DNA of 64,000 bases from Thermoplasmatota archaeon (GTDB lineage: Archaea > Thermoplasmatota > Thermoplasmata > Thermoplasmatales > Thermoplasmataceae). Positions 29,704 to 40,500 of the stretch are shown piece after piece. Under the pieces are notes generated by a model. That model was not told the DNA's origin and did not search any database. It was given only the letters and a program-made list of their open reading frames with translations. The translations under genes were made by a program, and so were the position numbers. The stretch is taken from NCBI GenBank assembly GCA_023379435.1, contig JAMCUH010000050.1, positions 372 to 64,371 on the forward strand. The letters are read 5' to 3'. The stretch's first letter is position 1. Each line of letters starts with the position of its first letter.

Positions 29704-30452
29704 TCTGTGCAGAATTTTTTTCCTATGTCTGAAACAAGCTGGTTGAAATCAGATCTTCCTGTGGGCTCACCGACCATAATCCCATGATCTGCAAGGGTTT
29801 TCTTTGTGGGGTTTCCGATTGCAAATACCTTCTTACCCTGCACACTTTCAGGTGAATTGAACTTGAAAAATGATGTGACCTCCATTGAAGACGTGAATAT
29901 TATTCCCTTGTTTTCTCTCCTTTCAAGCTGTTTTTTCATCTCAGGATTGTCCAGTGGCTCAACATTGTAACATACGACCTCATTAACTGAAAACCCATTT
30001 CTTTCAAGACCAGATTTGAGGGCAGGGTTGCCTTTTCCACTCCTGAATAGAAGCAGCATTGAACCGATTTTCCTGTGCTCCATTATAATTTCCAGCAGGC
30101 CATCAGTCTCTCTCCTCTCCGGAACAATAACCTCCATGCCCACTTTTCTCAAGGGCTCAGCAGTCTTATCACCTATGCAGTAAGCTGGGCCATGGAAGTC
30201 CAGAGCATGCCGTTCAGCCATCTCAAGGAAGATTGAAGATCCTGCGCTGCTGGTCAGAACGATGCCGTCATATCTCCAGGGGAAAACCTCGCTTTCAATT
30301 TCGCCATAAGGTCTCCTGATTATTTTCGTAACCGGAATGTTCAGAATATCAAAGCATGATCCGTGAACAGAACGTGCAAACTTCTCTTCTGGTCTTGTTG
30401 ATATGATAAAAAGCCTACGGGAATACATATCCAAACTCATCAGGAATGCCAT
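29685..30452 (-). CDS. hemD: Uroporphyrinogen-III synthase (HEM4 family)
   Basis: It is about 250 aa and has two-lobed HemD-like repeats (VLTSSAGSSIF... and IIFTSSMEVTSFF...). It lies directly downstream of hemC in a hemL-hemC-hemD operon. The track start at 30458 is TTG, and the first ATG is 30452. Further candidates are 30440 and 30428. The last 19 nt overlap the initiator tRNA on the opposite strand. Confidence 0.65.
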   Translation of the reverse strand: MAFLMSLDMYSRRLFIISTRPEEKFARSVHGSCFDILNIPVTKIIRRPYGEIESEVFPWRYDGIVLTSSAGSSIFLEMAERHALDFHGPAYCIGDKTAEPLRKVGMEVIVPERRETDGLLEIIMEHRKIGSMLLLFRSGKGNPALKSGLERNGFSVNEVVCYNVEPLDNPEMKKQLERRENKGIIFTSSMEVTSFFKFNSPESVQGKKVFAIGNPTKKTLADHGIMVGEPTGRSDFNQLVSDIGKKFCTDSGEWI

Positions 30453-31290
30453 CGACAATTTTTTTCCTTATATCCTCCATGCCAGTGCAGTCGCTGAAAT
30501 GAAAGTCGAAAAAACCTTTTCTGTTTATTCCATAAAACCTTGCCTTGATCTCACATGAGTGATCATTGCATCTTGCAAATATGCCGACCGGTGCGGAGCA
30601 TCCCAGAGACAGCGATTCTGCCAGTTCCCTTTCAATGGCCATTTCCTTCTTCGTTCTCTCATGGTTGATCCTTGCAAGTTCTTCAGAAATACTTTCGCCC
30701 TTCTTTGAGACGACTGCAATTATGCCCTGGGATGCTGCTGGAACAATTGTATCAATGTCAAGTATCTCCATGTGACCACTGAAACCCATTCTTTTGAGCG
30801 CGGACGCAGCAACAACTATCCCATCATATTCGCCTGATTCCAGTTTCCTGATCCTGGTATCGATGTTCCCCCTTATATTGACCACCTTCAGATCATCCCT
30901 CATGTTTTCAATGGCCTTTGCCCTCCTCATGCTGGATGTCCCAATTACAGCTCCATCGGGAAGAGATTTCAATGTATATTTCGAAACTAGAGCATCCCTT
31001 GGGTCATCCCGTTCAAGAACTGCAGATATCTCCAGTTCTTCCGGAATTCTCGATGGAATATCCTTCGCTGAATGAACTGCCGCATCGATCTCGCCGCTGG
31101 CCACCTTCTCATTTATAAAATCAACAAACGCTCCATTTGAATTCATTCTGTAAAGTGGAGATTCGCGGTCCATGTCACCACTGCTCTCAATGATCTGTAT
31201 ACTTGTCTCAATACCGACGGAAGAGAGCGCATCCCTGACCATGTTTGTCTGAATCAAGGCAAGCTTGCTTCCCCTTGTACCAAGGATCAT
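30415..31290 (-). CDS. hemC: Hydroxymethylbilane synthase (porphobilinogen deaminase)
   Basis: The N-terminus is ILGTRGSKLALIQT. Also present are IGTSSMRRAKAI, NIRGNIDTRIRKL and the dipyrromethane-cofactor Cys region LSLGCSAPVG. Confidence 0.9.
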   Translation of the reverse strand: MILGTRGSKLALIQTNMVRDALSSVGIETSIQIIESSGDMDRESPLYRMNSNGAFVDFINEKVASGEIDAAVHSAKDIPSRIPEELEISAVLERDDPRDALVSKYTLKSLPDGAVIGTSSMRRAKAIENMRDDLKVVNIRGNIDTRIRKLESGEYDGIVVAASALKRMGFSGHMEILDIDTIVPAASQGIIAVVSKKGESISEELARINHERTKKEMAIERELAESLSLGCSAPVGIFARCNDHSCEIKARFYGINRKGFFDFHFSDCTGMEDIRKKIVDGIPDEFGYVFP

Positions 31291-32543
31291 TTCAAACTCC
31301 TCAGAAAAGTTTTTATTGAGTCTCTCAGTGCATTAATATCCTCATCGCTGTGAGAAAAGCTCAGGAAATTTGTCTCAGTCTGGCTTGGTTCAACATATAT
31401 GCCCCTTTCAAGCATGAATCTGAAGAATTTCATATACAGATCCCTGTCAGATCTCAGGATGGAGCTGTAGGATGATGCCTCCGGAGAAAAAAATAACTGA
31501 AACATTGTTCCGAAACTGTTAAAGGAATACCTTTTGCCTGAAGAGGTAATGTATGAAACAATGTCCTCTGAGATTTCCTCCACCATTCTATTCAGAAGAT
31601 TGTAGTCTTTCTTCTTGAGCTCCTTCAGCGTTGCGAAGCCTGCTGCGCATGACACCGGGTTACCGGAGAATGTGCCTGCTACGTAAACTGGCCCTTCTGG
31701 TGAGATAATGTCCATGATCTCCTTTCTGCCTCCAAATGCCGACAGTGGAAAACCGCCACCCACGATCTTGCTGAGAACCGTAAGATCGGGTTTAACTCCC
31801 AGCATCTGGGAATAGGTCCCATATCTCATCCTGAATCCTGTTATCACCTCATCCATGATCAGGGGTATGTCGTTTTCACTACATATTTCCCTGAGAAATA
31901 TCAGAAATTCTGGATCCGGAGGTATTACTCCCACATTGGCCATAACAGGCTCAATTATCACTGCACCAATCTCATAGCCTTTCTCCCTGATAATCCTCTC
32001 AACTCCCGTTCTATCACCGTATTCAGAGAGAATCACCGTAGAAGAAACCTCACCCGGAATTCCGGGAGAAGACGGTATAACAGAGCCATCAGAGTTCCTT
32101 ACAAGGGAATAGTCATTGGCGCCATGGTAACAGCCGTTGAATTTCAAGACCTTTTTCCTTCCGCTGAAAGCCCTTGCAACCCTGAGTGAATGCAGTACTG
32201 CCTCCGAACCGGAGTTGGCAAACCGAATCTTTTCCATATGCGGTATTGCTTCTTTGATCTCTCTTGCCAGGTTTAATTCAGGCAGTGTCGGTGTGCCTGT
32301 GAGAACAGCATCATCAATCTGCCTTATCACCTCATCCCTCACAGCAGGATCTGAATGTCCGAGAATCATGGGACCAAATGCCAGGCAGTAATCTGTGAAC
32401 CACCTTCCTGAAATATCCATTATCCTTGGTCCACGTGCTTTCTTGATAATGAGTGGGTGCGGATCATACCTCCTTACAGGAGAGTTGACTCCTCCAGGAA
32501 AAATTTCCTGAAAATCCATGAACATTTCCTCCTGACTTTTCAT
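31287..32543 (-). CDS. hemL: Glutamate-1-semialdehyde 2,1-aminomutase
   Basis: It is a class-III aminotransferase. Motifs are FANSGSEAV, the PLP-lysine context LSKIVGGGFPLSAFGG, and DEVITGFR. Confidence 0.92.
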   Translation of the reverse strand: MKSQEEMFMDFQEIFPGGVNSPVRRYDPHPLIIKKARGPRIMDISGRWFTDYCLAFGPMILGHSDPAVRDEVIRQIDDAVLTGTPTLPELNLAREIKEAIPHMEKIRFANSGSEAVLHSLRVARAFSGRKKVLKFNGCYHGANDYSLVRNSDGSVIPSSPGIPGEVSSTVILSEYGDRTGVERIIREKGYEIGAVIIEPVMANVGVIPPDPEFLIFLREICSENDIPLIMDEVITGFRMRYGTYSQMLGVKPDLTVLSKIVGGGFPLSAFGGRKEIMDIISPEGPVYVAGTFSGNPVSCAAGFATLKELKKKDYNLLNRMVEEISEDIVSYITSSGKRYSFNSFGTMFQLFFSPEASSYSSILRSDRDLYMKFFRFMLERGIYVEPSQTETNFLSFSHSDEDINALRDSIKTFLRSLK

Positions 32544-32634
32544 GGTATGTCATCTATCTCTGTGATATATGCTTCACCCATATTCTTCATGTTATTGATG
32601 ATGCATGAAGTATTAATATGGCATAAATTTCCCT

Positions 32635-33636
32635 ATGCCAGTGAAATGTTTGGCCGTATCTCATGAAGCAGCTGCCCGCACAATCTCCCTTCTTCTTGCA
32701 AGGCAATGCATAGACAAGAGATACAAGATCGATGATTATGGTGATAGAATACTGATTCCCCTGATCCAGGAAAACTGCCACAGTGATTCAAACCTGGTTG
32801 ACTGCAAGCCCAGGCTGAGGGAGGGGATCAGGAACCCAATTGAAGAAATAAGGGACTATCTTCTGAGTCGTGGTATAGCTGAACATGAGATACCTGACAG
32901 ATGGATCCGTTATGGCGACTGCATAATTGTGAGAACTGCATCAGAACATCAGGAGGAGATTGCCCATGCCTTCGAGATATTTCTGAAGGCTGCATCGGTG
33001 TACAGCATAGAAGGGAGAATTGCTGGGAAGTACCGTATTCCAAAATTAAGGCTCCTGTCTGGCCCGGGAGGTGACATTACTCATCGCGAGAATGGCATAT
33101 ATTATGTATTCAACCCGGAAAAGATCATGTTTTCACCGGGCAATGTGAACGAGAGGATAAGATACTCCAAGTTTGACCTTAAGGGAAAGACTGTTTTGGA
33201 CATGTTCGCAGGCATAGGCTACTTTTCATTTCCTGTTGCAAAGTACACAGGTGCTTCGTTTATTACTGCTGTTGATATCAATCCGGTAGCAGTTTCATAT
33301 CTGAAGAAGGGTATTGAAAGAAACGGCCTTGGTTGTGTTATAAAGGCAATAAATGCTGACAGTTCTTCATTGGATTTCAGGGAAGAATTTGATTTCATCA
33401 TAATGGGGAATTTTGATTCACCACTTTATGCACTGAAGGCTCTGGACTACTGCGCCGCAGGGGGAACAATATCAATGCACCACCTGGTAAATTCCGGGGA
33501 AAGAAAGCATATAGATTCAGTAATAGAAAATATCTTTGGAAGAAGATACGAGGAGATTCAGATCATTGATACTCACAAGGTGAAGTCATACTCACCAAAT
33601 ATATTTCATTATTCAACCCTTCTCAGAAAAAAATGA
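32635..33636 (+). CDS. Trm5/TYW2-family (Met-10+ like) SAM-dependent tRNA methyltransferase
   Basis: The class I methyltransferase motif I is VLDMFAGIGYFSFPVA. The AVDINP motif is present, and IIMGNFDSP sits where Trm5 has the NLP loop. The domain layout and 333-aa length fit archaeal Trm5/Taw2. The exact subfamily is not resolvable by eye. Confidence 0.65.
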   Translation: MPVKCLAVSHEAAARTISLLLARQCIDKRYKIDDYGDRILIPLIQENCHSDSNLVDCKPRLREGIRNPIEEIRDYLLSRGIAEHEIPDRWIRYGDCIIVRTASEHQEEIAHAFEIFLKAASVYSIEGRIAGKYRIPKLRLLSGPGGDITHRENGIYYVFNPEKIMFSPGNVNERIRYSKFDLKGKTVLDMFAGIGYFSFPVAKYTGASFITAVDINPVAVSYLKKGIERNGLGCVIKAINADSSSLDFREEFDFIIMGNFDSPLYALKALDYCAAGGTISMHHLVNSGERKHIDSVIENIFGRRYEEIQIIDTHKVKSYSPNIFHYSTLLRKK

Positions 33637-33642
33637 ATAATA

Positions 33643-35262
33643 TCAGGCCGTGGTTCTTGCACCCTTTCTCGAAGCAATGGATCTCTTGACGGCAATCTTC
33701 CCAAACATCATCATTGTCCTCACAATTCCACCAGGTCCCTCAAGGCTGATGCTGGAATAATCATATGCCTTCCTTCCCTTTGTCTCCATGAATGCTCTGA
33801 ATATTCTTTCAAGGTTTGAGAATGTCCTCTCGCTGATGGTGTTCACAAGTGACCTGATGAGTACATTATTTGTCCTTGAAGAAAGATACGGGAACATCTT
33901 CCTTGTTATGTTTATGTCATGTTTCCATGATATGTACAGGAGGGTCCAGTAAAGGTCAGGAAGCCTCTCAAGCTCCGGGAATGACTTTCCGCGGATCCTG
34001 CTGGTTGTTATTGGTATTACGGGAAGAGGAAATACCCATGCCCTAACGCCGCTGTCTATTATGTTCTCCACAAGTTTAATGCTCTCCTCAACATCTGCAT
34101 TGGTCTCATCGTCAAAACCTATGGTCATGGTATATACGGGAGTTATATAGGCATCATTCATGATGCCGGCTGAATCTATTATTATGTCTCCCCATTCCTT
34201 AGGCTCCCAGGGAAAGGCCTTTCCCCTCATGTATTTGTCCAGTATCCTCACGCTTCCGCTTTCAAGGCCAACGACGGGAGATTCAGCCCTGTAGCGATAA
34301 TATTCTGCAATGTTGCCGATGTCATATATTGTTTCAGGGCTTTCCCTCACTGCAGGCGCTGAAACATGGGGAAAATAAATCTCCTCCATGCCAAGGTCTT
34401 TGACGGTGGAGAACAGCTTCACGACCTCATCATGGTTTGTCCTCAGCTTCTTTGATCCATAGAGAAGTATATCATCTGTTATGAGATCAGTATGTCTCAC
34501 TCCATGATCAAGGTTCAGCTGAATTTCCCTTGATATTGCGTCAAGTGGAATTGATCTGAATGTTTCTGGAGTAATGGAGCAGAACTGGCATCCCCTGGGG
34601 CATCCCCTTGTGACCTGGACTTCACCAAATCTGCTTGGCTTGATGATGGTAGGGATCTGATCCACCTTTGGATCCCTTCCCTTTGTTATCCTGGGGAAAT
34701 CGTCTCCCTCAATCATCTTTCTGACGACATTCGGCATGTCTATCTCAGCCTCTCCATTGAAGATAGCGTCAACATAGTCAGGTTTTTTCAGACTGAACTG
34801 CCATACACCCGGACCTCCTGCTATGACCTTGAAACCGTACTTCTTTTTAAGGTCCCTTATGGTTTCAGATATCTCTGAAAAGAATTCAGCGTTCCAGGCG
34901 TCACCTCCCCCGAAAAGCATTGTAATCTTGGTGCTTACGGGACTGAAACCATACGGATCATGAACAGTCAGACCCACAACCTTGGTGTTTTCGCCTATTG
35001 TCCTGTATAGCTGTTCTGGAGGAGAAACTGCAACATCCTTTATACCGCTGGAATAAAGAATAGCCTCGACCTTTCTCAGTGCATAGGGTGCCAGAACGGC
35101 TTCCCCGTTTGAGTGTGCCTTCATCGGTGGTGTGAAAAGCTTATCCATCATTATCCGAGGAACAAGCCTGTATGGCATACATGCAACATACCCAAGAGCA
35201 TTGTTCCCGGCATAGTCAGAAAAACTTCCACGATCGGCAGTGAGAACAACAGTGTACGACAT
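33643..35262 (-). CDS. Radical SAM protein with N-terminal B12-binding-like (flavodoxin-like) domain
   Basis: The CX3CX2C cluster motif is VTRGCPRGCQFCS. The N-terminal part (VVLTADRG...VVGLTVHDPYG...KVIAGGPG) resembles the cobalamin-binding-like domain of class B radical SAM enzymes. Only four cysteines occur in the whole protein. Confidence 0.8.
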   Translation of the reverse strand: MSYTVVLTADRGSFSDYAGNNALGYVACMPYRLVPRIMMDKLFTPPMKAHSNGEAVLAPYALRKVEAILYSSGIKDVAVSPPEQLYRTIGENTKVVGLTVHDPYGFSPVSTKITMLFGGGDAWNAEFFSEISETIRDLKKKYGFKVIAGGPGVWQFSLKKPDYVDAIFNGEAEIDMPNVVRKMIEGDDFPRITKGRDPKVDQIPTIIKPSRFGEVQVTRGCPRGCQFCSITPETFRSIPLDAISREIQLNLDHGVRHTDLITDDILLYGSKKLRTNHDEVVKLFSTVKDLGMEEIYFPHVSAPAVRESPETIYDIGNIAEYYRYRAESPVVGLESGSVRILDKYMRGKAFPWEPKEWGDIIIDSAGIMNDAYITPVYTMTIGFDDETNADVEESIKLVENIIDSGVRAWVFPLPVIPITTSRIRGKSFPELERLPDLYWTLLYISWKHDINITRKMFPYLSSRTNNVLIRSLVNTISERTFSNLERIFRAFMETKGRKAYDYSSISLEGPGGIVRTMMMFGKIAVKRSIASRKGARTTA

Positions 35263-35336
35263 AAATTACATAACAATGACATGAATATAACAGTTTTGAT
35301 CCGTTATTTTATAGTTTATTCATTGAGGATTGCAAA

Positions 35337-36947
35337 TCATTTTATGAAAATCTTTGGTATGTTGATCTCTGATAGTGCCACAGGTACCTTTATTCCAAAG
35401 GACTCTAACCTGTCAGGTTTTACTTCACCCAGCAATCCAACGTCCCTGCCACTTAGTGTCATCTTTGCGCTCCTTCCTTCCATGAGATCTTCTGAATCAA
35501 AGGGCGTGTAGGTGAGGTTAAAATTGCCTATCCTCCTGAAGAGATATTCTACTTGCCTCTTTATGGAGGAATATGCTGCTCCCGGCTGTGCAATGGAGAT
35601 ACATACATGGCTCTCCTGTTTTCCATGCAGCACCACTTCCCCAATTTCAAACACGTTCTGCGGATAGTTTCTGTTCCTATTTCTGGAGTAAAAGTCAAGT
35701 ATTCCAAGAAGGAGGCGGTCTCTCATGACTGAGAAATCCTGGGATTTGGGATTCAAAATCCTCATATCACCTTGATATGTGGAAACTGAATAGAACGAGG
35801 ACGGGACAAGAAAGAACGACATGATCTCCTGAAATCCTGCCCCTACCAGAATTCCCCTGAGCGTTTCTTCATGTGTACGGGAGATATTTCTCTCTGGCAG
35901 GTTTTTGAAGGCAAGCTCCTTCTCCTTAAGATTGTTAAAGCCGAAGGACTTCGCAATATCCTCCATGATATCAGCCTCACCCATCACATCGATCCTGTAA
36001 CTGGGAACATTGATCTCGATGGAATCGGCATTATTCCGGACAATGTAACCCATTCGTTTCAGGTGAAAGGCAATTTCAGTACCCGACATATCTACATTGA
36101 GGAACTTCCTGACCCTTCCAGGCCTGATTTTTAACTTTAACATTCCCGGAAGGGCAAAATTCTTTGGATCGAGACCTTCAATCCGCGTGAAGAATGTCTT
36201 GTAACCAAGGCAGGAAAAGAAATGTTTCATGAGAAACATTGTATCATCAGTGGCCTTCATGTCAGTTCCGGTGATATCAACAAAGAATTTCTTCGTAGCT
36301 GGCTCAATGACTGATTTTATCCCGTTTATCACGGGAGGCATCGACAGTACATCTCCATCGGAGTCAAACATGAACGGTGCCTCACTTATATCGCCTATCA
36401 GCTTCCCGTACAAGGACCCCTTGCTGTGTCTTCTCAATATCTCTGAGGCTTTATTCTCCATTGAACCATCATAAGTTTCAAAAGAGATATCCTCTGTATT
36501 ACCGGAATCGTAAATGACCGGCAGTTTTATTTTATCAAGATCATGGAGACCAATGGAGGATTTTTTCCTGTCTTTCCCCACTGATAGATGAATTTTTTCT
36601 TGAAAATCTATGAGTTCCTCCATATATTCACCTATCTCCCTGCCCTCAGCTATGAAGGAACGAACATAGGGACGGAGCCTTAAAGCTCCTGACTTAAGTA
36701 TGATTCTTCCCTTCCATGCGGCTCTTTCCTGGGGGAATGCCGTGGAGGAAAAATACATCTCTGCGGAACGGACAAGTGTATTGAAGGAGAACAAATCGGC
36801 TCTGTCAGGATTGAGTTCTACCTTCAACTCCCCCTCAGATTGTTCAAAAGAATAGCCAATCACAGAGGAATAGGATTCAATCAGATCCAGACCCCTCTCA
36901 GAGTACCTCGATGTCAGGGATGACCTTTCAGACTTTATTACCACCAT
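35337..36947 (-). CDS. pheT: Phenylalanine--tRNA ligase beta subunit (archaeal type)
   Basis: The length (536 aa) fits, as does the N-terminal pattern LKVELNPDRADLFSFNTLVRS (archaeal PheT has E-x-N-R/P-D-R-x-D-L-x-S). B5 and B3/4-like regions are present (IRPGRVRKFLNVDMSGTEIAFHLKRMGY). pheS is not adjacent in this window. Confidence 0.8.
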   Translation of the reverse strand: MVVIKSERSSLTSRYSERGLDLIESYSSVIGYSFEQSEGELKVELNPDRADLFSFNTLVRSAEMYFSSTAFPQERAAWKGRIILKSGALRLRPYVRSFIAEGREIGEYMEELIDFQEKIHLSVGKDRKKSSIGLHDLDKIKLPVIYDSGNTEDISFETYDGSMENKASEILRRHSKGSLYGKLIGDISEAPFMFDSDGDVLSMPPVINGIKSVIEPATKKFFVDITGTDMKATDDTMFLMKHFFSCLGYKTFFTRIEGLDPKNFALPGMLKLKIRPGRVRKFLNVDMSGTEIAFHLKRMGYIVRNNADSIEINVPSYRIDVMGEADIMEDIAKSFGFNNLKEKELAFKNLPERNISRTHEETLRGILVGAGFQEIMSFFLVPSSFYSVSTYQGDMRILNPKSQDFSVMRDRLLLGILDFYSRNRNRNYPQNVFEIGEVVLHGKQESHVCISIAQPGAAYSSIKRQVEYLFRRIGNFNLTYTPFDSEDLMEGRSAKMTLSGRDVGLLGEVKPDRLESFGIKVPVALSEINIPKIFIK

Positions 36948-36971
36948 TTTTTTATTTCTATAGGTAAAAGA

Positions 36972-37322
36972 TCAGATTGAGCCCGCCTTCTTTCTTGGTG
37001 GCCTCTCATCTCCCTCTGTAAGTTTTGCTATTTCTTTGTTGTACCTTCTGTATGAGTACTCCTTCAGAATTATTGCTATAAGATCATCAAGTGTGAGCTG
37101 CGGATCTTCATCCAGCCTTTCATTGACAAACTCTGAAATCTCCTTCCGGGTAAGATACTTGCCGCGATTCGAGCGGGGACCGTAATTCTTTTCAATAAGA
37201 TCGTCCACAGCCCGCCTGATCAGATCTGATACACTCTCATATTGGTAAGCATCCACAAGCTCAGTAAGTTTCTCCATGGTCTCCTCTGAAATACGAACGG
37301 TTATTCTATACGGAACGGACAT
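36972..37322 (-). CDS. Ribbon-helix-helix (CopG/Arc/MetJ-like) DNA-binding protein
   Basis: The N-terminus YRITVRISEETMEKLTELVDAYQYESVSDLIRRAVDDLI follows the strand-helix-helix RHH pattern. The gene lies 24 nt upstream of pheT and is divergent from the TPR gene. Confidence 0.7.
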   Translation of the reverse strand: MSVPYRITVRISEETMEKLTELVDAYQYESVSDLIRRAVDDLIEKNYGPRSNRGKYLTRKEISEFVNERLDEDPQLTLDDLIAIILKEYSYRRYNKEIAKLTEGDERPPRKKAGSI

Positions 37323-37578
37323 TAATATCAGCTCTTTAGCGTCTCTTGGTTAACTTCAATGTGGTCAACTGTCGGACACTACCACTTTACTAGAAAGGGG
37401 TATATGAATTTTCCTATTTTATTTTTGCTACTGCAGATTTGCTTCTTAATCATAGCAGAGTTTTGTTTCAAGATTAACTTTTCAATTTTCTATTTTCCCA
37501 TAATGAGGAATGAAGACGGGCGAAGTGGTACAATATACTCAGGTTAAAATATTATAGGGGGAAGAGCATAGCCAATGA

Positions 37579-40500
37579 ATGGAAGAGGATCCAAGGATCA
37601 AGAGATTCCAGAGGAAGATGGAGGTGGAACTCTCAGATCTGAACGCAACCCAGACAGGAAAAATACTGCCTGTCGACATTGAAAGGTTATCCAAAATAAT
37701 CCTTGACGATTCTGACTTGATTAACTACCTTATGTCAGAGGATAACATCATAACAACCCTTGAGGAGATGACACTGAACAGGAAGCTTACGGCCGCGGAT
37801 CTTGAAATGTTCACGAAGGGTATCGCTTCCGTTGCAGGAAAATCACTTTTTTTTGATTATCTCAGAGCACTAAGGAGTTTCTCCGACCGGGACTACGAAG
37901 GTTGCATAGATATTATTACGGGACGCAGTGATTTTCTAAATTATCCTCAGTGCAGGAATTTGCTGAAGCTTTCCTGTCATGAGGCGGGAAGTTACACGAA
38001 AGCTGCGTTTTACCTGGCATCCTCAGGAGTTTATGACGAATTGATTTTTGAAGGTTTTAAGAAGGAACACCCAGACGACAAGACCCTGGATGATTTTTAT
38101 GATACAATATCAAAACAGAAGAATACAAATGACATTTGTTCGTTATATAGAATTCTCTCGGATTTGAGAAGATCGGATAGAATTCTCATGGAGCTTTGCA
38201 GATGCTACCTTGAAGTGGGTGACAATGAAAAATCAAAACAGATTATACCGAAAATCAATTTCGAGGATTTCAGTGAGAGAAACAGCTTCAAGGATTTTAT
38301 AACGATTGCACTGAAGTCAGAGCAGTATAACCAGGCATACAGAGCATCTAAGATTGCAACAGGTTTGTACCCGGACGATCGGAGGATAATGCTCCTCTAC
38401 GCAGATTCACTCAATGGTGTGGGAAGAACTGACGAGGCGGTGGAATACGTGGAGCAGATGCTGAAAAAATACCCTGACTTCACTGACGCAATCAAATACC
38501 TGATCGATCTCTTTTACAGTAAGGGTGACTATGCAAATTTCCTGAGGTATTCCGCCACAATAAAGGATTCCCTGGTTCAGGATGTACAGTGGAGAATAAA
38601 GATCATAAATGCAGAGATCAATCAGTCTGATTTCGACAATGCAAAGAGAGATATCATAAGTGCAGAAAATGCCTATCCCAGCAACCCTGAAATACTAAGC
38701 CTAAAGCTTGACTTTCAGATGCTTATTAACGATGCCAATGGCGCTTTTACCACTGCAAGGGAAATATTCCGAATGGACAGGAATGACAGAAGGGCAAGGG
38801 ATTTTCTATTCTATGAACTGTTCAGCAAGCAGGATTATGAGGAGCTTCTTAGGGACATTGAAGAATTTGGCAGGGATGACGATTACCTTCACTTGAAGAT
38901 CGCGTCACTTATCTACATGGGAAGAATAAATGATGCCATAACGGCAGGCAGAAGGGACAAAAGTATCTTTCAGGACGATGTTGTCCTCGACTCCATTTTC
39001 TTCACGGTCAGGGATGATAGTTCAATCAAATCAATAGTTGAAGTTTCCGGTGACGACTCTGGCCTTCTTTCGGTGGTCATCAAGAGCATCCGGGGCTCCA
39101 GGATAGTCTGGAGGGAGGAACTGTGGAATTCCGTTATATCCAGTAACTCCGTAGCAATAGCATGGATAGCGTCAAAATCCACTGTTAATTTCAGGGACGG
39201 AGTAAGACCGGATGTCCTTACAAGCTTTGTGTCAAAGCAGGCATTCAATGTTGTGAACAACCTTGTGGATGCAATCTTTCTCATCTACAGCGGTAAATTC
39301 AGCGAAGATATGAAGGATTCCAGGAAGTTCATGTATCCAATTACTGAGGCACTTCTCGAAACCGGCAATACTGAACTTGCAGAGAAAAAGCTGCAAGAAG
39401 CTTATGACCCAAGAAATCCGGATCCATTTTTTTATTACATGGATGCATATGTTCTCTTCAGGGAAGGAAATTATTCACAGTCCTTGAAGATGCTGTCCAG
39501 GGCTCTTGAAAATCTCTCAAATTCATCATTCCTTATCCTTAAGATAAGAAATTTTCTCAAGCTTGATGACCTGGATTCCGCATTGGAAACCGTGGATAAC
39601 GTGGATGCACTTGATGCCATAGGTTCTCTGTGTTACTCAGATCTTTACAATTACATTGAGGAAAAGAAAGAACCGGCAATAAGAAATAGAATCATTGAAA
39701 AAATGAAATCGCTCGGAGTGAAGAACATATGGATAGAGCGCATGGAAAGGGATAAGTATTCAGAGGAAAAAAATTACGATGACGCAGTTAGGGTTTCCAG
39801 AATAATTGTTATGAGTAAGTCGAAAACTGCTGGTGATGTCCTGACTCACGCTGAAATCCTGAAGGCGTCTTCCAAGGACAATGAAAGGCTTCAGTTTTTG
39901 GAATCAGTTGAGAAGGAAACATCAGATTTCAAGATAGACATCTGGATAGCCGATTCCAAATACCTCAGAAAGGAATACAAGGAAGCCGTTGAATATTACA
40001 GGAAGGCCATAGAAAAAGGCTGTCAAATTCAAGAGATCATAAATTATCCTGACGCTCTCATAGCAGGAGGCTTTTATTATGAGGCTGAGGCTGTTATCCG
40101 GTCACTCCCAGATCCAGTTCTTTATCTCGTTAAGCTGTACCACAGCACGAGCAGAATCGATGATTTGGTAATCCTACTATCATCACTTGAATACGAGAAG
40201 AGATCGGAGATAGAAGCCTTCCAGTATGCCTCTGAAGCACTCTGGGTAAACAGAAAGGTCAGGGACACACTGGTAAACATATTTTACCACACCGAAAATC
40301 CCACGCTGGGTAAGATCATATCCCAGAGGCTCCTGGAATCGAGGGACCTCATTAGCGCCGAAAAAATTATGAGAGCCTTGATGAAGGCCTATCCAAAGGA
40401 CATTGACAATATGAGATCACTTGCGTCCCTTCTGTACGAGACGAACCATCCAATTGAGGCATTAAACCTGCTTGGTAAGGCTGTTAAAGCCGCATCCGAC

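Noticed and set aside
33643-35262. That the radical SAM/B12-like protein is the tetraether lipid synthase (Tes/GDGT-MAS) expected in a GDGT-producing Thermoplasmata.
   Set aside because: As I recall, GDGT-MAS carries additional Fe-S and rubredoxin-like metal sites that need many more cysteines. This protein has only four Cys in total, three of them in the radical SAM motif. The assignment is therefore unsupported. A Grs-like or other role remains open.
37359-37547. A 62-aa ORF in the RHH/TPR divergent spacer.
   Set aside because: The region is an A/T-rich promoter. The translation is hydrophobic low-complexity (FPILFLLLQICFLIIAEFCFKINFSIFYF) caused by T-richness. There is no start context, and it occupies the space needed for two divergent promoters.
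37819-37845. A Walker-A-like string GIASVAGKS near the N-terminus of the 1,227-aa TPR protein. This raised the idea of a STAND/AAA-type NTPase defence protein.
   Set aside because: The spacing is G-x5-GKS and not [AG]-x4-GK[ST]. No Walker B or other NTPase motifs follow, and the surrounding sequence is helical-repeat-like. I do not call an NTPase domain.
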